Below, one piece after another: positions 10,213 to 20,670 of a DNA stretch of 32,000 nt. The stretch lies in contig NC_014148.1 of the NCBI RefSeq assembly GCF_000092105.1, forward strand, positions 2,280,001-2,312,000. Direction: 5' to 3'. The position numbers and the translations under genes are program-made. The notes below the pieces were generated by a model. The model ran no database searches. It was not told the DNA's origin and was given only the letters and a program-made list of their open reading frames with translations. Position 1 is the first letter of the stretch. Every line of letters begins with the position of its first letter. This DNA comes from Planctopirus limnophila DSM 3776 (lineage in GTDB: Bacteria > Planctomycetota > Planctomycetia > Planctomycetales > Planctomycetaceae).

Positions 10213-11085
10213 ATGAAACTGGGGATGATCGACGCAGAAGCTGGGCTGCGAGTGGTCGCGCTGAATCCGGATGGTCAATACGTCGACCTGCTGGCTTTGG
10301 ATGCACAGATTGCTCCAACACTGATCGGCATTCTGGCAGATCCGGAAGGACTGGCTCGTGTTGCCAGTGCTCTGGTAACAGGGTGGAGCAAAGGGCCGTT
10401 TATCGAAGGCCGACTGGTCGCACCTTTTTCTCGACCAGGCAAGATCATCTGCATTGGACTGAATTACCGCGACCACGCCAAAGAAACTGGTGCGGAGATT
10501 CCCACAGAACCTGTGGTGTTCAGTAAATTCTCCAATACGATCACATCTCCCGAAGCCCCGGTCGTCTTGCCCTCAGTCGCCCATCAGGTCGATTTTGAAG
10601 CGGAACTCGTGGCGGTGATTGGAAAAAAGGCGAAGAACGTCGCGAAATCCAAAGCCTTCGAGTACATCGCCGGGTACACCTGCGGCAACGATGTCTCTGC
10701 CCGCGACTGGCAGAAAGGGAGGCCAGGGGGCCAATGGCTCATGGGAAAAACCCCTGACACTTTTGCACCCATTGGACCCTGGTTCGTGACTGCCGATGAA
10801 ATTGGGGATCCTCACGATCTGGCGATCTCCCTCAAGCTCAATCAAGTCGTCATGCAGCAATCGAGGACGAATGAGTTGATCTTTGGTATCGACGAATTAG
10901 TCGCTCACATTTCACAATTGGTCACTCTTGAGCCAGGAGACCTGATTTTCACAGGGACACCATCGGGCGTGGGGGTGGCCCGCAAGCCTCCGGTCTTCTT
11001 AAAGCATGGCGATGTCATGGAAGTCGAGATCGAAGGGATCGGCGTCCTGCGAAATCCGGTGATCTCCGAATCGCACAATCGATAG
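10213..11085 (+). CDS. Fumarylacetoacetate hydrolase (FAH) family protein
   Basis: KIICIGLNYRDHAKE, FEAELVAVIGK, GYTCGNDVSARDWQ and GDLIFTGTPSGVG are FAH-fold motifs. I chose the ATG at 10213, with GGGAGA 7 nt upstream, over the TTG at 10210. Confidence 0.9.
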   Translation: MKLGMIDAEAGLRVVALNPDGQYVDLLALDAQIAPTLIGILADPEGLARVASALVTGWSKGPFIEGRLVAPFSRPGKIICIGLNYRDHAKETGAEIPTEPVVFSKFSNTITSPEAPVVLPSVAHQVDFEAELVAVIGKKAKNVAKSKAFEYIAGYTCGNDVSARDWQKGRPGGQWLMGKTPDTFAPIGPWFVTADEIGDPHDLAISLKLNQVVMQQSRTNELIFGIDELVAHISQLVTLEPGDLIFTGTPSGVGVARKPPVFLKHGDVMEVEIEGIGVLRNPVISESHNR

Positions 11086-11128
11086 CCACACTTCGACTGG
11101 CGACTTTGCGTGGTGAGCGATAGAAGTT

Positions 11129-12172
11129 CTATCGAGTTGCCGAGAAGCCTGCTGGCTGAATCTGAGCGACATTGCCAGGGTTAGATTGCCCTTTGGCAAT
11201 TGCATCAGCTCCGGTGTTGGCAGAGAGCATTTGCGCTAAAGTCGTGGCACCGCGGTGATCTGGCTGCATGGCCAGCGATTTCTGGACGCTGATTCTTGCG
11301 TGTTCTCCACTTCCCGTGTGAAACTGGGCTTCGGCAAGGTGATACCAGTCGTCAGCCGACAGTTCACGCTCGGCAATCGATTGCTCCAGACGTTGAACGG
11401 CGTCTTCCCATCGCTGATTCGAAGCATAAGCGAGGCCCAATTGCCACTCGGCCTCGCGCTGCTGAGGCAGCGTCGCATAGGGATGGTGCATCAACTCACG
11501 AAGAATCGGGCAGGCTCGGTCAGCCTGACCTCGTTCGATCTGTACGCGAGCCATCGCCAGCTTAGCCGCTACGTCATCGGGCCAAAGATCACTGACGGAA
11601 CGATACATTTCATAAGCGGCATCGTAATCGCGCTGTTTTTCGTGAATTTTTCCCAAGAGCATTTTTGCAGAGACTGATTGTGAATCTCTTAACAGCGCGG
11701 CCTCAGACGCGAGTTGCGCCTCGTCGATCTGCCCCAGTTCGAGATAACATTGACCCAAGTTGACAACCGGTTGAGGATCACCAGCGAACTGATCTGCCAG
11801 ACTCCGATATTCGGCGATGGCGGCCTGGTGGCGACCATTTTCCCACAACAGCCGGGCTTTCATATCACGAGTTGAGGCGTTTTTGGGAGAGCTTTTCTCA
11901 ATCTCACTGATCAGAGACGAAGCATGCCGGAAATCTCCCTGTTCATGGAGAGCCTCGGCATCCTTACACAATTGTTCACATCGTCGGTCCTGGCTGGCCA
12001 CTTGCCGACTGACCCATTGGCAACCGGAAAGCGAAATGGTCAAGATCGCTAGAGTGCAGCGGAATACGGTGTGGGAGACCAGACGTGCAGACACCCGGCA
12101 GAAACTGCCAGCCAGCCATCTCGAAATGCCTGGAGATGTCCATTTCATGGCACGGGCTCGCACCAAATCCAT
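11129..12172 (-). CDS. Tetratricopeptide-repeat protein, probable lipoprotein
   Basis: Repeated TPR-like A/Y/L periodicity, for example AIAEYRSLADQF, GQCYLELGQIDEA and AAYEMYRSVSDLWPDD. TISLSGC is a lipobox-like site. An alternative ATG lies at 12148. Confidence 0.8.
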   Translation of the reverse strand: MDLVRARAMKWTSPGISRWLAGSFCRVSARLVSHTVFRCTLAILTISLSGCQWVSRQVASQDRRCEQLCKDAEALHEQGDFRHASSLISEIEKSSPKNASTRDMKARLLWENGRHQAAIAEYRSLADQFAGDPQPVVNLGQCYLELGQIDEAQLASEAALLRDSQSVSAKMLLGKIHEKQRDYDAAYEMYRSVSDLWPDDVAAKLAMARVQIERGQADRACPILRELMHHPYATLPQQREAEWQLGLAYASNQRWEDAVQRLEQSIAERELSADDWYHLAEAQFHTGSGEHARISVQKSLAMQPDHRGATTLAQMLSANTGADAIAKGQSNPGNVAQIQPAGFSATR

Positions 12173-12482
12173 TTGAACGAGTGAGGAGCAGCAGGCAAAA
12201 ATCGATTATGGATCAAATTTTACCTTAATCTCGTCATATCATATCGACCAGATTTGAGGGAAGACCGAAGCGATTCCCAGCGATTGTTAAGGCTTTTGAT
12301 GGCCTCATTTCGAGAATATTGAGTGGTGGAGTCACTCGAGATCAAGGGGCCTCAGACATGGAAAATTCAGCACAACTTGATCTTTCCGAAAGCTCCCCCT
12401 ATTGTTCGCCCAAGGTAACGACTGGTTGACCCAGTCATTAAGTACAACGATTTATCACTCTCTGACAGGACTCCAGGTCATT

Positions 12483-13742
12483 ATGGCTGATTTGATTCCT
12501 CCCCATGGAGGATTGTCCGAACCGGTCAATCTTACAGTTGCAGCAAACGATATCGAGGCCTTTAAGGCTGAAGCAGCAGGCCTGACAAAGGTTCCTGTTT
12601 CCGCGGCAGATCTTTCGACCGTCTACCGCATGGCCGATGGCACACTCTCGCCATTGACCGGGCCGATGGATAGTGCGACTTATCATCGCGTGCTCGATGA
12701 AGCTGTCATCGAAAATCTGGGCAAGAAGTACGCCTGGACCATTCCTCTCGCTTTCCCGGTCACTGCTGAACTGGCGAAAACCATCAAGGCAGGCGACAAG
12801 GTGGCATTGACTGCTCCCGATGGGAGTGCTGTCGCCATTGTTGAGCTGACAGATGTCTACCCATGGCCTAAGCTGAAGTATCTGCAGAAGGTCTACCGCA
12901 CTGACCGTATTGATCACGCTGGTGCCGATATGGTTCTGAAGGGTGATGCGGACAAATCTCACCTGATCGGTGGGAAACTGCGAGCCCTGCCACAACCCAA
13001 GAACCCTGCTTTCGGGAAGTATGTGCTGACTCCAGTCGAAGTGCGTAAACTGCTGGCCTCCAAGGGCTGGAATGCAGTTGTCGGCTTCCAGACTCGCAAT
13101 CCTCTGCACCGTGCTCACGAATACGCCCTGGTTTACGGGTTGGAAACGCTTATTGCTGGCGGCAAGAACGCTGGCGCTGTGCTGAACCCGCTGATTGGAG
13201 AAACCAAGGGGGATGATGTGAATGCCGAGATTCGCATGTCCACCTACGAAGCACTCATTGAGCAGCGTCAACTGGGTGATGGTGACAGCGATGAAAGTCT
13301 CTGGAAAAGCCGTAACGAATCGGTGCCTGATCGCGTGATTCTACTCGGTTTGGACATCAAGATGTTTTACGGTGGGCCGAGCGAAGCGGTGATGCACGGG
13401 ATTTACCGCCAGAATATGGGCTTTACGCACATTGTGATTGGCCGTAAGCATGCCGACGTCCCTTACGCCAACGGCGAGGCAATCTGGGGCGATTTTGATG
13501 CCCAGGAAATCTTCAGTAAGCTGGGTGGCGAGCTGCTGATCCAGCCACTTAAGGTTGGTTTCGCAGCCTATTACGAATCGATTGGCCGCGTCGATCTGAC
13601 CGAACGTCACGCGGGCGAGAAGCCACTTTCCATCAGTGGAAAAGACATTCGCTCCACATTGCAAAAGGGCGAAATGGTCGATCCCCGCATTATGCGGCCC
13701 AGTACCTCTGAGATCCTGGCCAAGGCGATGAAAATCGCGTAG
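12483..13742 (+). CDS. sat: Sulfate adenylyltransferase (ATP sulfurylase)
   Basis: [16 protein letters not shown] (QTRNPxHxxH) and IGRKHAD motifs. [11 protein letters not shown] is a typical Sat N-terminus, so I chose the ATG at 12483 over the TTG at 12402. Confidence 0.92.
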   Translation: MADLIPPHGGLSEPVNLTVAANDIEAFKAEAAGLTKVPVSAADLSTVYRMADGTLSPLTGPMDSATYHRVLDEAVIENLGKKYAWTIPLAFPVTAELAKTIKAGDKVALTAPDGSAVAIVELTDVYPWPKLKYLQKVYRTDRIDHAGADMVLKGDADKSHLIGGKLRALPQPKNPAFGKYVLTPVEVRKLLASKGWNAVVGFQTRNPLHRAHEYALVYGLETLIAGGKNAGAVLNPLIGETKGDDVNAEIRMSTYEALIEQRQLGDGDSDESLWKSRNESVPDRVILLGLDIKMFYGGPSEAVMHGIYRQNMGFTHIVIGRKHADVPYANGEAIWGDFDAQEIFSKLGGELLIQPLKVGFAAYYESIGRVDLTERHAGEKPLSISGKDIRSTLQKGEMVDPRIMRPSTSEILAKAMKIA

Positions 13743-13787
13743 CGGATCTCTGACTCGATCTCTGTCAGAGAGTTTTCAGAAAATCAC

Positions 13788-13830
13788 CAGGGCCTGCCGG
13801 CAATCTTGTCGGCAGGCCCTGAGTTTTTTT
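13788..13830 (+). terminator. Rho-independent terminator downstream of sat
   Basis: A perfect 12-bp GC-rich stem pairs CAGGGCCTGCCG (13788-13799) with CGGCAGGCCCTG (13810-13821) around a 10-nt loop. It is followed by AGTTTTTTT. Confidence 0.85.
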
Positions 13831-13988
13831 GCACAGCCAGTGTTTTGAATATTTTAGAGCACACTGAGTCGAGAATGATGCTCGATCCAGAATTCAATGG
13901 CGCGATGAAGTTCCGTAAACGACTCTTGCTCGGACTCACAAGTACAAAACGCGGAGCCTGCTAAATCCTGAAATCCGTATCAGCGAAC

Positions 13989-16208
13989 TCAGGGCTTCAT
14001 GGCAGGCAGGTCGGGCAACGGGAATTTCTGCAGTTTGACCGAGTTACCATTAGTCGTGGTTGTCCGGCTTCCTTGAAGAGCGGCAACAGCATCTGCCAGA
14101 GAGCCATCGGGCGTGTCGTCCAGCGAGGCGAAGAGTTTCTTTTCGTCGGTCGCGGTCATGGCCCAGCCAAAACGCTGCACATGAGCTAACAGGTTTCGAA
14201 CGGCTGAGAGCCGCACATTCTCAGGAAGATTGCTGTTGGCAGCCACTTCAGCTAGCCGTGACTGCACATCGCGAGTTCCAATCGAGAGGACGGCTCGCTG
14301 AGCCAGTGGCCCCAACTGAGCATCATCCACAAGTGACAACAGTGGTGCCTGTGCGGAAGTAAGATCAACTTTGACGGCACTTTCAGGACGAGAGAGATCA
14401 GCCAACCAGGCCAATGCATCTGCCCGCATCTGAGCACGTTCCTGCGGAGTGAGGGAAGCCGGCGCGTAACGAGCCAGAAACTCTCGCGTTTGAGAATCGA
14501 ATCCATCAAGAGTGGAAGATTCGGCAACAAATTGAATTGGTGGATACTGCATTAATTGGCGAGTGACTGCGGAGCGGACAGACTCCGGCCCATACAGGAG
14601 GATCGGAAGTGCCGCTGTCCGGGCATCGGCACGGAAGTTCGCCAATGTTTGTGAAAGCTCCCAGCGGGCCACATTGACATGAATGACAACCAGAGCACAC
14701 TGAGAGGAAGCGGCAGCTTCTTTAAATCCCTGTTGACCAGTCTCGACACGGATCGATTCGAATCCAAGGTCAGCCAGATACCCGACGGTTGCAGCCGACC
14801 TGGTTTCGTCAGCATCAATTACAATAGCTTTGGGTTCTGTCCCAGTGCTGAGGCTGCGCGTGAGGATTTGAGCGATCTGGTAAGAATAGGCTTCAAAATT
14901 CTTGGGAGCCAATTGCAGTATGGCAGTCGCTGCTGCAAACCGCACTCGTTCATCAGGGTAGCTCAATGCGTTCTTGAGCGGTGACTGCACTCCACCGGCA
15001 ACCTGGAGAGCCAACTCACTGCGCTGATCGGCCAGAGCATCAATGACTCTCACGGCCGGCCCAGGCTGACCAACTTTGAGTGCTTCGGTCAGGACAGCGG
15101 AAAGGAGCTCCGGGCTCATTGAACGCAGCATTGAGACTGTCTGAGCTGCCGGATTCCCCAGAGCGGTCTCATATGCCAGATAACTCGTCAGATAAAGCTG
15201 CTGAGTCTGTGGACGGTCCGGGCTGATCCCTAGAGCTAACCTGGCAGTTCTGGCAGCAAAGTACGCACTGGCTAAAGCGGGTGCCAATTGCCGTTCGCCA
15301 ACCAGATTATCGGCTGAGTCATACACCCAGACAGAGACCAGGCCATCATTCATCAGGGGGAGTGGGCCATGGCCCGAAAGATAATCGCGAGTGCGTTGTT
15401 CCAGCGCATTCAAAGCCACGACATCAGAGAGTCGATCTGCCCGGTCTGGCTGGTTGTAGAGGATTCTGCCCAAAGCTCTCAGAGCAGCCGTTTTTTCGGG
15501 CGGAGAACTTTTCTGGCCAAAGGCGATGCCATACAGATCGAGCACGGCTTGATCGGCTCGAAGATATCCCAGGACATCGATCACTCGAGTCCGCACAGTT
15601 TCTTGAGGAAGACTGAGTCCTGCTCGCAGAGGATCGATGGTCATACCACCCATTTTCACGAGCGCGTACGTCAGCAGATCCTGTTCTCCACTGTCTTTGG
15701 TGGACTGCATCCGTTGCAGCATCGAGGCCACAACAATCGGGCCCAGATTCCGCAACTCGACAATTGCCAGATCTCGCTGCTGGGGCGAACCATTGAGCTG
15801 ATCAAGCAATTTACCCACGAATTCGGGATTGGCGGCCTGCTCTTTGGCGGCTTTACCAAGCTGCACGATTAGTTCCTGCGATGCGGGCTGCAACTCTTTC
15901 GTTTGAGAGAGCTTCAGGAACGCAGCAGAACCATGCTTGTCGCGAAGTGCGAGCAGAAGATCATTGGAGGGCTGCCCCGCCATAAACTTGTCGAGATATT
16001 GTCTGGCAAGATCGAGTCGTCCCAGGTCAACCATCAACAGAACGACCGAAAACTCCTGCTCAGGGGTTTCGGGAGGAGCCAGCAACGGATTGGTATCGGC
16101 GAGGCGATCGGTCGCTGCTGGAGGATTGGCCCCCTCATCTTGAGCCCATGCCACAGGCGAGCTGACAATAGCCAGCCCGGCAAAGATGAACAGCAGTAAA
16201 TACCGCAT
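13989..16208 (-). CDS. Large exported HEAT/ARM-like repeat protein of unknown function
   Basis: Taken from ORF 13989..16409. I chose the start at 16208 because MRYLLLFIFAGLAIVSSPVAWA/QDEG is a canonical signal peptide; an alternative ATG lies at 16220. The body is helical-repeat-like (Leu/Ala-rich), and VRFAAATAILQL and VRLSAVRNLLAH resemble HEAT units. Confidence 0.75.
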   Translation of the reverse strand: MRYLLLFIFAGLAIVSSPVAWAQDEGANPPAATDRLADTNPLLAPPETPEQEFSVVLLMVDLGRLDLARQYLDKFMAGQPSNDLLLALRDKHGSAAFLKLSQTKELQPASQELIVQLGKAAKEQAANPEFVGKLLDQLNGSPQQRDLAIVELRNLGPIVVASMLQRMQSTKDSGEQDLLTYALVKMGGMTIDPLRAGLSLPQETVRTRVIDVLGYLRADQAVLDLYGIAFGQKSSPPEKTAALRALGRILYNQPDRADRLSDVVALNALEQRTRDYLSGHGPLPLMNDGLVSVWVYDSADNLVGERQLAPALASAYFAARTARLALGISPDRPQTQQLYLTSYLAYETALGNPAAQTVSMLRSMSPELLSAVLTEALKVGQPGPAVRVIDALADQRSELALQVAGGVQSPLKNALSYPDERVRFAAATAILQLAPKNFEAYSYQIAQILTRSLSTGTEPKAIVIDADETRSAATVGYLADLGFESIRVETGQQGFKEAAASSQCALVVIHVNVARWELSQTLANFRADARTAALPILLYGPESVRSAVTRQLMQYPPIQFVAESSTLDGFDSQTREFLARYAPASLTPQERAQMRADALAWLADLSRPESAVKVDLTSAQAPLLSLVDDAQLGPLAQRAVLSIGTRDVQSRLAEVAANSNLPENVRLSAVRNLLAHVQRFGWAMTATDEKKLFASLDDTPDGSLADAVAALQGSRTTTTNGNSVKLQKFPLPDLPAMKP

Positions 16209-16690
16209 GGCAAAAGACATCGGCAGCAGCTCCGGACAACCAGACAACCGCGAGACTCGTCCCTCCATGGATCGCCTCAATAACCCGGGAAACATCGACC
16301 CGGTGCACATGTTGTCGATGGTACGGTTCCAGAGATGGGCATGGCAATCCACTGTTTCCTCCGATTCTTGCCGAACCGGCAATCCTGACGGAGAAGTTTC
16401 TAGTCCCATACCCTCACACTTCCCGGAGATCGGTTCATCGTGGCCAAACTCTTCCGCGTCCGACCTTCTGTTCGGTCAGTCTCGGCGGAAAGCTGTGTGA
16501 CGTAGGGTTTGTGCGGATTTTTCATGTTCGACATATCATGACGGCAACGGCATTCCGCCAGGCAGCAGCACCATCTCCACAGGAAAATGCGGGAAATTTG
16601 GCCTCTTGGTCGAGTTCACAACATCTTTTCGACAGACTCAAGTAGCAAAATACGTCCAATTGCCGGAACCCTCTCAAGACTTACCCGCCC

Positions 16691-17983
16691 ATGAGCTCTC
16701 CCACATTCAGAGAACTTCCACCTCAATCGCCTGAGAGCAAAGCCCACAAACAAGCAGGAATTCAGTTCATCCTCTGCACGCTTCTACTGGATGTTTTAGG
16801 GATTGGACTGATTATTCCGGTTCTACCAGATCTGGTGAAAATGCTGGCTGGGAAGGACAATTCGGACGCTTCCCTGTGGTACGGCTCACTGATCACGGCC
16901 TATGCCACGATGCAGTTTCTGTTCGCGCCACTGATCGGTGCACTTTCAGATCGGTTCGGTCGCCGACCGGTGCTGCTGACGAGTATTGCAGTACTGACAT
17001 TTGATTTTCTGCTGACAGCTTTTGCGCCCAATCTCTGGTGGTTGCTTGTGGCTCGCATTCTTTCGGGCATGACCGCCGCCAACATTACAGCGGCCAATGC
17101 CTATATTGCTGATATCAGTGACGAAACAACCCGCGTTCGCAATTTTGGTCTCGCCGGCGCCATGTTTGGTCTTGGATTTGTACTGGGCCCACTCTTGGGA
17201 GGGATCGCCGGCAGCTACAGTTCGAGGCTACCGTTTCTGCTGGCTGCACTGTTATCGGCCGTTAACTTTCTTTATGGCTGGTTGGTTTTGCCAGAATCAT
17301 TACCCGCCGAGCAGCGTCACTGGCCACGCAAATCGTCTTTCTTTCCGGGAACATCACTGCGATCACTGCGCGTCGAGCCTGTGGTTTTTGGACTGGCGAT
17401 CGCCTATTTCTGTGTCAGTTTTGGAGAAATGACCCTACGTTCGACGTGGATTCTCTTTACCGAAGAACGATTTCAATGGGATGCCTTTCAGAATGGACTG
17501 GCCCTTTCGATGGTGGGCCTGATGACGGCTTTTGTTCAGGCAGTGCTGGTTCGGAGATTTAACAACCGGTTTGGAGAACGGGCAGCTCTGCTCACTGGAC
17601 TTTTCATTTCCATGCTGGCGTATATCGGCTATGCACTGGCAACCCGCGGCGAGATGATGTTCGCGATCATCATGCTCAGTTCGCTGGGTGGCATATCCGG
17701 GCCAACGGCTCAATCGATTATTGCCAAACGCGTTGATCCGAAAACTCAAGGACAAGTGCAGGGGGCGCTCTCGAGCATTGCCAGCCTGACCGCCATCCTC
17801 GCACCATCACTGGGGACAGGAGCCTTCTGGTACTTCACCCATGAGCCGCAAAAGCTCTACTTCCCGGGAATCCCTTTCGTGATCGCTGCGATCTTCGCAT
17901 TCCTGGCTCTGCTGATTACTGCCTGGGTCACACAGTCAATCTCGACATCTCAGAAAGCGATAGACCCGATCCATCAGACGTAA
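16691..17983 (+). CDS. MFS transporter, TCR/Tet (DHA1) family
   Basis: Motif A GALSDRFGRRPVLL, about 12 hydrophobic segments, 430 aa, ATG start. Confidence 0.9.
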   Translation: MSSPTFRELPPQSPESKAHKQAGIQFILCTLLLDVLGIGLIIPVLPDLVKMLAGKDNSDASLWYGSLITAYATMQFLFAPLIGALSDRFGRRPVLLTSIAVLTFDFLLTAFAPNLWWLLVARILSGMTAANITAANAYIADISDETTRVRNFGLAGAMFGLGFVLGPLLGGIAGSYSSRLPFLLAALLSAVNFLYGWLVLPESLPAEQRHWPRKSSFFPGTSLRSLRVEPVVFGLAIAYFCVSFGEMTLRSTWILFTEERFQWDAFQNGLALSMVGLMTAFVQAVLVRRFNNRFGERAALLTGLFISMLAYIGYALATRGEMMFAIIMLSSLGGISGPTAQSIIAKRVDPKTQGQVQGALSSIASLTAILAPSLGTGAFWYFTHEPQKLYFPGIPFVIAAIFAFLALLITAWVTQSISTSQKAIDPIHQT

Positions 17984-18149
17984 ACGGCAAATTGGAAGAC
18001 GATCACGAGGAGTTGAACGATAGAGAAGGAGGACAGGCTCGGTCGTATTCATGAGGCCAGAGGCATCACGGAACAAGTGCAATCTGTCGCGATTTCTTGC
18101 ATCTCACAGCAGGAGATTCGAGTTCACCACCATGGTCGCGAAGAGCACG

Positions 18150-18186
18150 AAAAAAGCGGTAAAGACAGTTCCGCTGTCTTTACCGC
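18150..18186 (-). terminator. Rho-independent terminator downstream of lysA
   Basis: A 13-bp perfect stem pairs GCGGTAAAGACAG (18156-18168) with CTGTCTTTACCGC (18174-18186) around a 5-nt loop. On the minus strand it is followed by TTTTTT (the A-run at 18150-18155). It lies 54 nt past the lysA stop. Confidence 0.8.
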
Positions 18187-18239
18187 TCATTGGCATCTTC
18201 AATTCAGTACCTCAACCGCTCAAACAATAGAGCTGATCA

Positions 18240-19514
18240 TTATTCAACATCCATCTCGGCGGCAATCAAGTCGTCGTAGGTCTCACGACGACGGACCACC
18301 TGCACGTGCCCTTGATCAACAAGCAATTCGACCGCACGAGGGCGGGAGTTGTAGTTGCTGCTCATGGATGTCCCATAAGCACCCGCACTGAAAATGCTGA
18401 TCAGATCACCGCGCTGAACTGGCGGCAAATAACGTCCCTTGGCGAAGTAATCGCCCGATTCACACACCGGGCCAACGACGTCGCAAGCTTCGCATCCTTC
18501 AATTTTGCCTTCATAGTTAGCCGGTTCGGCGGCAGCCTTCACTGGCCAGATTTTATGGAAGGCATCGTACATCGCAGGACGCATGAGATCGTTCATAGCC
18601 GCATCCTGAATCACGAAGAGTTTGCCACCTTCCCGCTTGGTGTAGACCACTTCACTGACGAGAATCCCCGCATTGCCAGTGATGAAGCGGCCCGGCTCCA
18701 GAGCGAGCTGAACACCCATTTCCTGAACGGCTGGCACAATCACTTTGGCATACTCAGAAGCAGGCAAGCCTTCGCTTCCCCGATAACTGATGCCAAACCC
18801 GCCACCCAGATTCACCCAGCCAATCTCATGTCCACGAGCACGCAGATCGCGCGTCACTTCAATGGCCTTCTGCCCAGCCAGTTCGTAGGGTTCTGTTGTC
18901 AAAATTGGAGAACCCAGATGCATGTGAATCCCGACGAGTTTCAACCGGGGAGTCTTCAAAACTTTGTCGGCCAGTTCAAAGACCCGTTCGATATCCATCC
19001 CGAACTTGTTGCCCTTTTTGCCCGTGGTGGTTTTTGCATGGGTTTTTGCATCAATATCAGGATTCAGACGCAACGCCACGGGGGCAATGACCCCCATTTT
19101 TTCAGCCACTGCAGCAATGGCATCCAGTTCTGGTTCACTTTCGACATCGAACATCAGAATCTGATTTTCGAGAGCGAGTTGAATCTCGGCATCTGTCTTG
19201 CCGACACCTGCAAAGACAACCTTGGCTGTATCGGCTCCGGCTTTTTTCACACGGTAAAGTTCGCCACCCGAAACCACGTCGAAACTGCTCCCAGCATCCC
19301 GCATCACCTTGAGAATGCCCAGGTTCGAGTTCGCCTTGACTGAGAAGCAGATGACAGGATTAACAGCAGCAAAAGCCTGTTGAATCTGCCCCAGCTGATG
19401 CAGCAGCATGGCTTTGGAATAAATCCAGCAGGGGGTGCCAAAGTCACGGGCAATTCGAGAAACTGGGATCTCTTCGCAAAACAATTCACCATCACGGTAC
19501 TGGAAAGGATTCAT
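18240..19514 (-). CDS. lysA: Diaminopimelate decarboxylase
   Basis: [17 protein letters not shown] is a typical LysA N-terminus. The PLP-fold motifs [21 protein letters not shown] and SAGAY are present. I chose the ATG at 19514 over the ATG at 19583 by N-terminal alignment logic. Confidence 0.95.
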   Translation of the reverse strand: MNPFQYRDGELFCEEIPVSRIARDFGTPCWIYSKAMLLHQLGQIQQAFAAVNPVICFSVKANSNLGILKVMRDAGSSFDVVSGGELYRVKKAGADTAKVVFAGVGKTDAEIQLALENQILMFDVESEPELDAIAAVAEKMGVIAPVALRLNPDIDAKTHAKTTTGKKGNKFGMDIERVFELADKVLKTPRLKLVGIHMHLGSPILTTEPYELAGQKAIEVTRDLRARGHEIGWVNLGGGFGISYRGSEGLPASEYAKVIVPAVQEMGVQLALEPGRFITGNAGILVSEVVYTKREGGKLFVIQDAAMNDLMRPAMYDAFHKIWPVKAAAEPANYEGKIEGCEACDVVGPVCESGDYFAKGRYLPPVQRGDLISIFSAGAYGTSMSSNYNSRPRAVELLVDQGHVQVVRRRETYDDLIAAEMDVE

Positions 19515-19665
19515 TACAACGTCACTTATAGATGGAGGTGTCAGTCGATGAACATATTCGCCTGTGAGCCGAACATCGTTCATGGTTTATCGGGAAAACG
19601 GATGCATATCGAGCAGTGGTGATTGCCAGGGAGTTCAAGGAATTGAACCCCGGATCAGCGACTCG

Positions 19666-20670
19666 TCAGACGCGTGAGGCGAGGAGTTCGGCAATCTGGA
19701 TCGCGTTGGTCGCAGCACCTTTTCGCAGGTTATCACTCACACACCAGAAGGAGAGACCATTGGGGTGAGAAAGATCCTGTCGAATCCGGCCTACAAAGAC
19801 CTGATCGCTGCCTGTGCAGGAGTGCGGCATGGGATATCCACCATGCTCTGGCGTATCGATGACCGTAATCCCTGGAAAGCTGCTAAAGAGTTCTTTGGCC
19901 TTCTCGACAGAGATATGCTTCTCGGTTTCAACCAGAATGGTCTCACTGTGACAGTTTGCAACGGGAATACGTACACAAGTCGGACACACCTGGATCGATT
20001 CATCACCCATGATTTTACGAGTTTCGTAGACCATTTTGAGCTCTTCGCTCGTATAACCATTCTCCTTAAAACCGCCAATCTGAGGGATGGCATTAAAGGC
20101 AATCGGCGACTTGAAAGCTTTTTGTTCGTACTTTTCGTGCTCTAACGTAGCGCGAGTGGCACCAATCAGGTCATCGATCCCCTGAACTCCTGCGCCACTC
20201 ACTGCCTGATAAGTGCTGACGACCACGCGTTTGACCTTACCGAAATCGTGCAACGGCTTGAGTGCCAATACCATTTGCGTAGTCGAGCAGTTCGGGCTGG
20301 CAATGATCCCCTTGGCGTCGAGTGCTGCCTGGGGATTGACCTCAGGAATGACCAGTGCCACGTCAGGATTCATCCGGAAGTAGCCCGATTCATCGATCAC
20401 TTTGCAACCAGCCGCCACTGCAGCAGGAAGAAACTCGGCAGCGACTTCATCGGGCGTGCTGGCAATCACCAGATCAACACCCTGAAAAGCAGCGGATTCA
20501 AGAAGTTCAATCGTATGCTCGACACCTTTGAACGTGATTTTGGTACCCACACTGCGGGCAGAAGCCAGAAACTTATACTTGCGTGCCAGATCGGGCCTCT
20601 GTTCCAGAAGACCTACCATGATCCGACCCACAGCCCCCGTTGCTCCAACCAATGCGAGTGTGCCAAACAC
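19666..20670 (-). CDS. asd: Aspartate-semialdehyde dehydrogenase
   Basis: LVGATGAVG Rossmann motif, the active-site SPNCSTT, and C-terminal DNLRKGAA. The start is a GTG at 20670 with GAGGGA about 7 nt upstream on the minus strand. Confidence 0.95.
   Translation of the reverse strand: MFGTLALVGATGAVGRIMVGLLEQRPDLARKYKFLASARSVGTKITFKGVEHTIELLESAAFQGVDLVIASTPDEVAAEFLPAAVAAGCKVIDESGYFRMNPDVALVIPEVNPQAALDAKGIIASPNCSTTQMVLALKPLHDFGKVKRVVVSTYQAVSGAGVQGIDDLIGATRATLEHEKYEQKAFKSPIAFNAIPQIGGFKENGYTSEELKMVYETRKIMGDESIQVCPTCVRIPVANCHSETILVETEKHISVEKAKELFSSFPGITVIDTPEHGGYPMPHSCTGSDQVFVGRIRQDLSHPNGLSFWCVSDNLRKGAATNAIQIAELLASRV

Noticed and set aside
12438-13271. 277 aa ORF on the minus strand opposite sat
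   Set aside because: It is antisense to a clear ATP sulfurylase and shows no recognisable motifs. Shadow ORF.
18306-19343. 345 aa ORF on the plus strand opposite lysA
   Set aside because: It lies entirely antisense to a gene with unambiguous LysA motifs. Its translation is low-complexity (Arg/His/Phe-rich) with no motif, which is the typical shadow ORF of a GC-biased coding region.
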